From Cladosporium halotolerans (taxonomy: Eukaryota), in assembly GCF_011745625.1 (NCBI RefSeq), contig NW_027191462.1:434001-498000 (forward strand): a stretch of DNA of 64,000 nt, read 5' to 3'. The translations under genes and the position numbers were made by a program. Below are positions 57,148-64,000 of this stretch, one piece after another. How positions within the stretch are numbered: position 1 is the first letter of the stretch; each line of letters opens with the position of its first letter. The notes under the pieces were generated by a model. That model saw nothing but the letters and a program-made list of their open reading frames with translations, was not told the DNA's origin and searched no databases.

Positions 57148-59694
57148 TCGTGGCCGCGTACCTGATTATGGCAATTCGGACGTTCTCGAGATACATGGCA
57201 TGCTAAAAGTCTGCTTCCAAGCTGTGATGCGGAAGGTGAATGCCTCAGGCTCAGATTTATTCTAAACACCTTTCTCTGCCTCCATCCGAGTTGAAGAGAC
57301 AGTGTCATGCAAGCCATTGATGAATCACCGCCCTAGACTCCAGCAAACTGGCGTCCCTTCACACCTGCATACGGCATGGGAGCCTTGCATCGTGTCACTC
57401 GTGGTTGGTTCGCTGTCTTCAACGCGTATCTGTTGCACGGCGCCACGGGGAACCGGCATCTCTTAAATCCGCGCGTACGATCAACCACCTAGGCCAATTA
57501 CCATCGCTTCCGCGCAATCGACCTTGCGGGAGCCCTCGCGTTCCCCGCTCTCCCACGTCTCGATTTAGTCTACGCCTCCTGCGCTACTGTGCTCTCGACC
57601 GACGCTGTTCGAATCGCTGCTCGTGGAGCGTCTCCGGCACCCTTAAGCGTAATGCACGTTGAGAGCACGGTGTGCAAGGCGTGATATCACATGCCAAAGA
57701 ACCTCTTTGAGCGCCACTTCACATTCGGTCTTCTGCGGCGTCTGGCACATCGTTCTCTGGCCTTGTGTAGCGCTATCGGCGGTGCATCCGATCGAAGTGA
57801 GACGAAACCTTTCTTGCGGATCTCCTGTTGTACACGCTTTGAGATTGCGCCATCGCTCATGTTGTCACCGAGCTTAATCACTGTACAGGGCCAGCGCTTG
57901 AAGCTTCTTCTAAACTGTGTAACCACAGGCTCCTCCAGGTGACAGCCAAGCGAGCACGCCCACGTGTGCTGCCGAGGCGGGTTAAGGCGAGCTGTCCAGC
58001 CCCTTCTTACCGGCCGCCGAGGCTTCTCAGGTGGGCATTGCAGCTATCCAACGCAGCGGCGATGCGCAGTTCCAGCTTCCTTGATCCCTGAACGGTGTTG
58101 CTACGTGCATCTTTGCAGTAATCGAACGGGAGCTAATCGACATTCCTTTTACTGTATGCATTTTGCTTTTGCCGAACGGTCAGGGGGGATGGGAATCCTA
58201 CAATGCCGATCCGGCTGTTCACCGCTTGGCCGATCTGGCATGCCAGTTTCCGATGGGCCGCAATACGGTCTACCGTTGATCCGTTGCATCGGTTCGAAGT
58301 ACACTGGTCTTGGTCCCGAAACAATACCAACGTTAGAAGTTCAAAAGCTCACAGCATCATCATTCGGCGTTCTGGCCGCTGACAGAACGGTACCTCTAAC
58401 TTGTGCAATCTTCACTTACGACGACCTAGGGGTCAAGACAGTTCTTTGGAACGGTGTATATCGTTCGGGATGTGTCAAAATTGGAGGACGTCCACCCACA
58501 GCTCATCCAACCAATCTTGCGTCGAATCGTAGCTTCGGTCAATCTGGCTTGCAGATACTGAAGCGTGTCCACGTCCCATGTGCAAAGTCTTGCCGTGTCT
58601 TGATATTTCGCGTGCTGCTTACTAGCCATTGACCATCCATTCACCCTTTTCGTAACGATCCAACAGTTCCACAGCATGTACACGGAGCTAAGTCCGCCTC
58701 GATTCCTTTGATGAAAGACGTACAAAATCAGCTTCTCCGTCGCAAGCTCCTTGATCCCTCGCATGTTCCTCGATCGCGCAACCTCAGACTCCGCCTCCAC
58801 ATTCCAACTCCAAGCCCATACCAGCTCCACTAGCGCCACGTAGGGCTCCCGCATGCATGTGCAAGTGAGTAGCAGCCCAGGTCGTGAGCAAACCGGTGTC
58901 CATCACGGGCCTGCCGTCGGTCGGTCGGCCGGCCGGCCACTGCTCATAAACCACCACCATTCGACGCCGCCGCCGAAAACCCAGCCACCTCGCCCTGCCC
59001 TACACACTTGCCGTCGAGCCCCCGAGCATGCGTTGCATGCATGCACGCCCTGCGCCGCCCTGTCTCTCGTTTCCTGTCTCGAAGCGCGCTACTGTAGGCC
59101 CTTGCCTTCGCTCCCTTGCTTGCCACGCTGGCTTTGCTTGCTCGCTCGCTTGCCGCGAGGTGTGACAGATAATGCAGCCTGCGGCCGTCTCGCAGCCTGC
59201 ATTGCTGAGCCAGACCAGACCGCACGCCGCCCGTCCCGCCGCCACCACGTGTGGTGTGGGCCCGTGGGCGTCTATCCCGCATCCGGGCGGTCCGGGGTGC
59301 GATTCTGCGTCGCTACGAGCGGGGGCGGGTTCTGCGAGGGGTGATGGGGTGTGATGGTGGGCGTGATCGGGGCGGTTGGGACGCGGTTGGGTGCACCGAT
59401 TGGGATGCTGGTGGAGTGTGTGATTATGTCAAGCGTGATTTTCATCGCATGCGTCTTGACCATTGAGCAGGATTCGCTGTGATCATCCCTTTTGTGGATG
59501 TTGCCTGTGTAGGTCGAGCAGGTTCGTGGATGATGGGCTTTGGCCAGAAGTTGTTGAAATGGGTTGGAAAGGGAACCATTGTTCGATTAATGGGTGTCTC
59601 GTATTTGCCAATCGCCACGCCGTTGGCCTTTCATGCAAGGGTAACGATGTTAGCGATCGATAGTATTCGCTGACCGCCAACAATGGGCGATTTT

Positions 59695-59725
59695 CTAGGG
59701 TTAGGGTTGGGGCAGCTTGGGGTTA
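59695..59725 (-). repeat. Interstitial telomere-like motif TAACCCCAAGCTGCCCCAACCCTAACCCTAG
   Basis: The plus strand reads ctagggttagggttggggcagcttggggtta; it matches the 1495-1519 motif. Confidence 0.8.
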
Positions 59726-60117
59726 CGATACAGCAGACCAGCTGCGATCTCTTTCGCTCTATTCTCAAGCAATCTCACTTCGGCTTTTTCATAATAAACT
59801 GTGGAGAGTCTGCGTAATATTTATAATGAACATCCAACGATTCAGCAGGTTTACATGAGCCACGGCGATTCCGTACGCGTGGAAATGAAGCTGCTGTTGA
59901 GCTGGAGCAAGGGCCACACTCCCTTACCAGAACAATGTGATAATTCAGAATTGCAGGAACTCGATTCAAAAGGAGCGAACGTCATCAGTTTACGAGCATA
60001 CCTCGCGGCATCGGGATATTGTGCATTCTCAAGATCTATGGGAAGATACTGTTCAGCCATGCGCCAAAACTGACGACGGCGTTGCTAGTCCATTCATTCC
60101 TGATTTGCGATACATAA

Positions 60118-62407
60118 TCATGCTTTCTTTCCAATATCATTCCACACTTGCACCACAAATCGCTTCAGGAAGCCGCTCGTTTCCAGAATCGGCAGCACGC
60201 AGCTGATGAACGTCGAAGCGAAAACCCATATGAATGATATGACAACCCACGCTGTGAAGAAGCCTTTCGAGAAAATATAGTGCGAGAGGAACATAGGGAT
60301 GGGGACCTAGAACAGCCGCATTAGCAAGGGTCTTGTGGTGCGAAGGGACTACATGGCTCACCAGAAAGTCCATTATGAAGGTCAACAGGCACGCTGAGAT
60401 GTAGGCTGTGACGAGTGCGCGGCGGAGCTTGGATGGATGCTCTTCGAGGTCGGCATCGGCTTGTGCCTCGTCGTCTTTTGGCTTTGGTGGAGGCAGCGGT
60501 GCGCTCGGTACTGGCATTTCATCTCCGCTCAGATCTTTCTCATCGCCTTGAACTTTGCCTGCAGTTTCAGGCTTCACTTCCAGAGATGTTTCGCTAGACT
60601 CTTCAGGCGTCGATTCCAATGCATTCACTGGAGGCGAATTGATAGATCTAGTTACTTCCCAATCGAAATTCTGCGGTTTCACGATCGATACCAAAACTGT
60701 GACGATAAGCCCGGTAAAGACCGCAGCCATGTTGCCTGCCAGGGTGGAATATTCATGGCCAGTACTCGCGATCGTCAGTTCGCCGAAAAGTGAGTTTGCT
60801 GTCACCAGCCAAGCAGTGATGCCTGCACACAGACCTGCTACTGGCCCAGCGATAGCTCCAGCCGTAGACTGTCCAGTCCAAGTGATGGCAAATGCTGCCG
60901 GGAACACAGCGCCTCCGATCAAGAGACCCATGACGAGGAATAGCCAGCCGAGATCAACGCCTATAGCGTTCCAGATGACAGCAAAGATGGACATCGTTAA
61001 GCCAAAGATGCAGATGCATATTTTGCTAACGAAGATCAAGCGGCCAGGCGAGGCTTCGGGCTTGAAGTACGTCTTGTAAAGGTCGAATGTGAGGATCGAA
61101 GAGACAGCAATCAGCTCGGCACTGGCGCATGAAGTGACGGCCAGGAACAGGGAGAGCAGCAAAGCTACTGCGCCATGAGTCCCCAACAAAGCGCTCGCCG
61201 AGAAAGCAGATGCCAAACCTGCTGAGATGTCACTCTCAGTGGGCAAATTTGGGTACGTCGGAAACTGCGGATGGTCCGCCAGAGCCACTGCGGCCAGCCC
61301 CAGCGTTGTTGCGAAACCAAATGGGATGGCAAACCACGCCAGACCGCCCATAACGTACGCTTTTACAGCCGTTGTTGGCCTGGACGCTATAGCTCGTTGC
61401 CAGTAGGCCTGGTCCAGAAAGACCGTGCCACTACCTGAACATAGCTGAATAACGCCGAATATCAAAGCAAAGTTGCTCTTCAGTGTCACATATGAGCCCT
61501 GGTGGTTGCCCGGGACGGGCCGCGTTACCGCAGCCTTCTCCAGAAGGTCGTACATTGCTGATGGACTGCCGATCGTTGGATTGCTTGTATAAGCGTCGAA
61601 CATGAAGTACAGGATGATGATCATCAGGACGAGTCCATGGCTGTAGTCGCAGAGAAATGTTGCTCGAAGGCCGCCAAGCACGACATACGTGCAGACGCCG
61701 GTAGCTGCCCTCACTTGTTAGTGAAGTCTGCGTCGGACAAATAGGGAAGTGATGCCTACGGATGAGGAAAACGGCGGCGTAGACGTTCATCCCGGTCAAT
61801 GCAGTCACAACAGCGCTGCCGCCAAGTAGCAATTGCGAGCCAACCAAGATGTTCGTCACCAGAGCGAAGAAGAGGAAGACCTGGTGAAATTATCAGCATT
61901 CACTTTGCCTCACGGGATTTACAAGACGTGGCACGCCATCTCAGGGCTCACATACCATATGGGCAGCTTTACCATAGCGAACGTATATGATTTCCAGGTA
62001 CGTATGGCATCGTGGGGCGTTCATTTTGGTCTTGCAGGCAAGAATGGCGAACATCAAGATCTGAACAGTGGCTCCTGCGGCGTACCAGAACGGACCCGCA
62101 ACTCCGTATCTAGGTAAAGATTAGACCAGTCTTCGTCCAAAGCCAGAAAGAATGTCACAGACCTGTATCCCACAGTGGCACTCTGCAGTAGGGTAGCCGC
62201 CCATGTCCACGCTGAAACTATACCAGCGGCAATGAGACCAGGCTTGACGCTCCTCGACGCGGTATTGAACTCCTCGGATGTCTTGGTATCAAATCTGGAA
62301 TACCGGTTCTGGATCCACGTGAGGCCCATCATGACCAAAGTGAAGAAGAAACCCACTCCAATGACGACACCATAGCCCGCGCCTTGCGGGAGCATCGTGC
62401 TACTCAT
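60118..62407 (-). CDS. DUR3: Urea active transporter (Dur3/UreA, sodium:solute symporter family)
   Basis: [26 protein letters not shown]...[24 protein letters not shown] and [10 protein letters not shown]. Four introns (about 62162-62110, 61955-61881, 61759-61704, 60361-60307). Stop TGA at 60118. Confidence 0.93.
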
Positions 62408-62440
62408 TGTGGGCCAGATGGAAGGACGTGATGTTTCACT

Positions 62441-62771
62441 TGATAGACTCGAAGAAGAGCGCACGAGAACATACTTGCCGTGTATATGTACTTCTCGACA
62501 TACTTTGCTTTGCGTACAACAGGCTGACGATCGATATGACTCTCATGGTATCAACTCGATAGCGTTCGTAAAGATAGGAGATGCTATGACCTGTCGAAAC
62601 ATGGGCATATCATCCAGCTAAAATCATGAAGACGAGCCGCGTCACCTACAAATCGGGAAGGCATATCGCTGGAATGTCGAAGACTTGATAGAGAAACCCC
62701 TCACGAATGACACGGCCTGCCCACCTGCCGGTAGTGGCTAGGTGCATGACGTTGATAGGCCAACATGATAA
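62441..62771. promoter_or_regulatory. Cluster of HGATAR (AreA/NIT2-type) sites upstream of the urea transporter
   Basis: TGATAG 62441, CGATAG 62557, AGATAG 62572, TGATAG 62686, TGATAG 62753 and TGATAA 62766. Confidence 0.65.
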
Positions 62772-63536
62772 CGCCGCCGGCGCTCGTGGCCGGCGATCAG
62801 CCCGCGGCGCGAAGGGCGTCGATTGTTTCCCTGGCCAGTGATCAGAGACGGCGGGATCTTGTGCGCGGGCCACCGTTTGGCGGAGATGGGGAAACGTGGG
62901 AGAGTAGTGTGATGGTGTTCAGTAGCGCCGTTTCATGCTACCCGGCAGTGCGGCAGCCGTCTGAAGTCGTTGGTGTCCGCGCGGAGATGCAACGGCGGGG
63001 AAACAAGAGAGGTGGGACGCGCGACCCTCGTGCCATTAACCGCCTCAGGCATCCTAGCATCGTAGGGCTGAACCGCGTCCGCCGTCGAGCATCCATCCAT
63101 CCATGCGGCTGGTCTTGGGCGTGCGTGCTACGGATTATTGTCCCCAGCTTTATCAGCACCAGATCACCAACTTGCGTACGGCTGTGAAGCTCACTTTCAA
63201 ACACGACTGGACTTCCGCAACTTGACTGACTGCGCACTGCCCAACACCGCCCGGCCCGCAGCGACAGACGGGCTTGGGAGAGACGACTTGGACTTGCTTA
63301 ACCGCACGAACAATAGTTGCTCATTTCTCGGCAAATCCCCACTACAGGACCAGACCACCCGGAAACATCTGGCGACCTGGACTCTGCTGTTACTATCTTC
63401 TGGTCAGAACAAAGAGCTTGGGATTCACGCGAGTCTCGCGGCTGTCGACGGCGAGGGCGTACATTGTGAGATGACGTGAGGACTGGCACGACCGTCCCAC
63501 GTCGCAGTCTGGCGAGGAGAGGAGGACTACGAAGCT

Positions 63537-64000
63537 ATGCACGCTGGGTCGCGACAACGGTCTGCCAGCAATCGAAGCGCCGCAACCGGCGACCAGCGAC
63601 GAGACTATCTCCCGACACCTCCACCAGGCTCGTTCTTGGGCCAGAACCTCGGAGTGCCCGCGGGTGTCATATTGAACGACGTGCCCGGATACGGCGACTC
63701 GAACAGCTTGCTTTATCCGCCGACAGGATCGAATTCACCCTACCCTACCATTTCGGCTTCATCGCCGCATTCCGCGTCTCTCAGGCCGCGCGCGCAAACA
63801 TATGCCGATCTGGCCGTAACCCAGCAACAGGCGGCACACTATCAAGAGTCCGTGAATCGAGGAATCCCACCAGAAACTGGAGGAATGGCGGCGTCGAATC
63901 CATACCAGGCGAGTGGAACGCAACGGGCAGCACCCGGCTGGGTTCCGCCTCCGCCTCCTCCGCCAGCCGCGCAGACGCCAGGCCCAGGGGGTGTGCATAT
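63537..64000 (+). CDS. 5' portion of a protein with a Pro-rich disordered N-terminus; identity not determinable in the window
   Basis: ATG 63537 (MHAGSRQRSASNRS...WVPPPPPPPAAQTPGPG) is open to the window end. It is absent from the ORF track because it has no stop. Confidence 0.6.
   Translation, partial: MHAGSRQRSASNRSAATGDQRRDYLPTPPPGSFLGQNLGVPAGVILNDVPGYGDSNSLLYPPTGSNSPYPTISASSPHSASLRPRAQTYADLAVTQQQAAHYQESVNRGIPPETGGMAASNPYQASGTQRAAPGWVPPPPPPPAAQTPGPGGVH

Noticed and set aside
59801..60073. Small ORF containing VYMSHGDSV, resembling the GMP synthase VWMSHGD motif
   Set aside because: No other glutamine amidotransferase motifs in any nearby frame; probably chance.
60118..62700. TPP riboswitch in the urea-transporter-family gene
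   Set aside because: No CTGAGA or GATAAT..CAGCG aptamer signature in the introns or leader; the protein is the Dur3/UreA type.
1..64000. Transposons, RIP relics, CRISPR arrays, secondary-metabolite clusters
   Set aside because: No transposase or reverse transcriptase motifs, long terminal repeats, AT-rich blocks, repeat-spacer arrays or backbone synthases were seen.

Overview
Gene-dense, euchromatic 64 kb window from a filamentous ascomycete (Pezizomycotina; Dothideomycetes is my inference). Genes have short GT-AG introns with CTRAC branch points, and I see no transposase ORFs or RIP-like AT-rich blocks. About 25 protein genes, in order: SprT/GCNA-like (partial), C2H2 transcription factor, eIF3k, TSR4, APC1/bimE, NUP37, group II PLP decarboxylase, divergent GH11 xylanase, formate/nitrite channel, NOP9, cytosolic SHMT, GGQ peptidyl-tRNA hydrolase, prefoldin 3, MED14, ATG22, white collar-1, VPS71, acyl-protein thioesterase, tubulin cofactor C, NDUFA13, TRM10, HNT1, a two-RRM protein, a DUR3-type urea transporter and a partial Pro-rich ORF. 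There is also an intron-containing tRNA-Val(AAC). The most interesting signals are non-coding: (1) a box C/D snoRNA in the eIF3k intron with a 12-nt guide to 18S rRNA; (2) an intergenic orphan C/D snoRNA candidate with an 11/12-bp terminal stem; (3) a 150-nt ATG22 intron that folds back on itself like an introner-like element; (4) a two-part motif (telomere-like CCCCAACCCTAACCCTA plus AGCGAATACTAT) present twice, 58 kb apart, with one copy in a 3-kb gene-free structured region worth testing as a telomerase RNA locus. All family calls come from motif recognition by eye; no searches were run.
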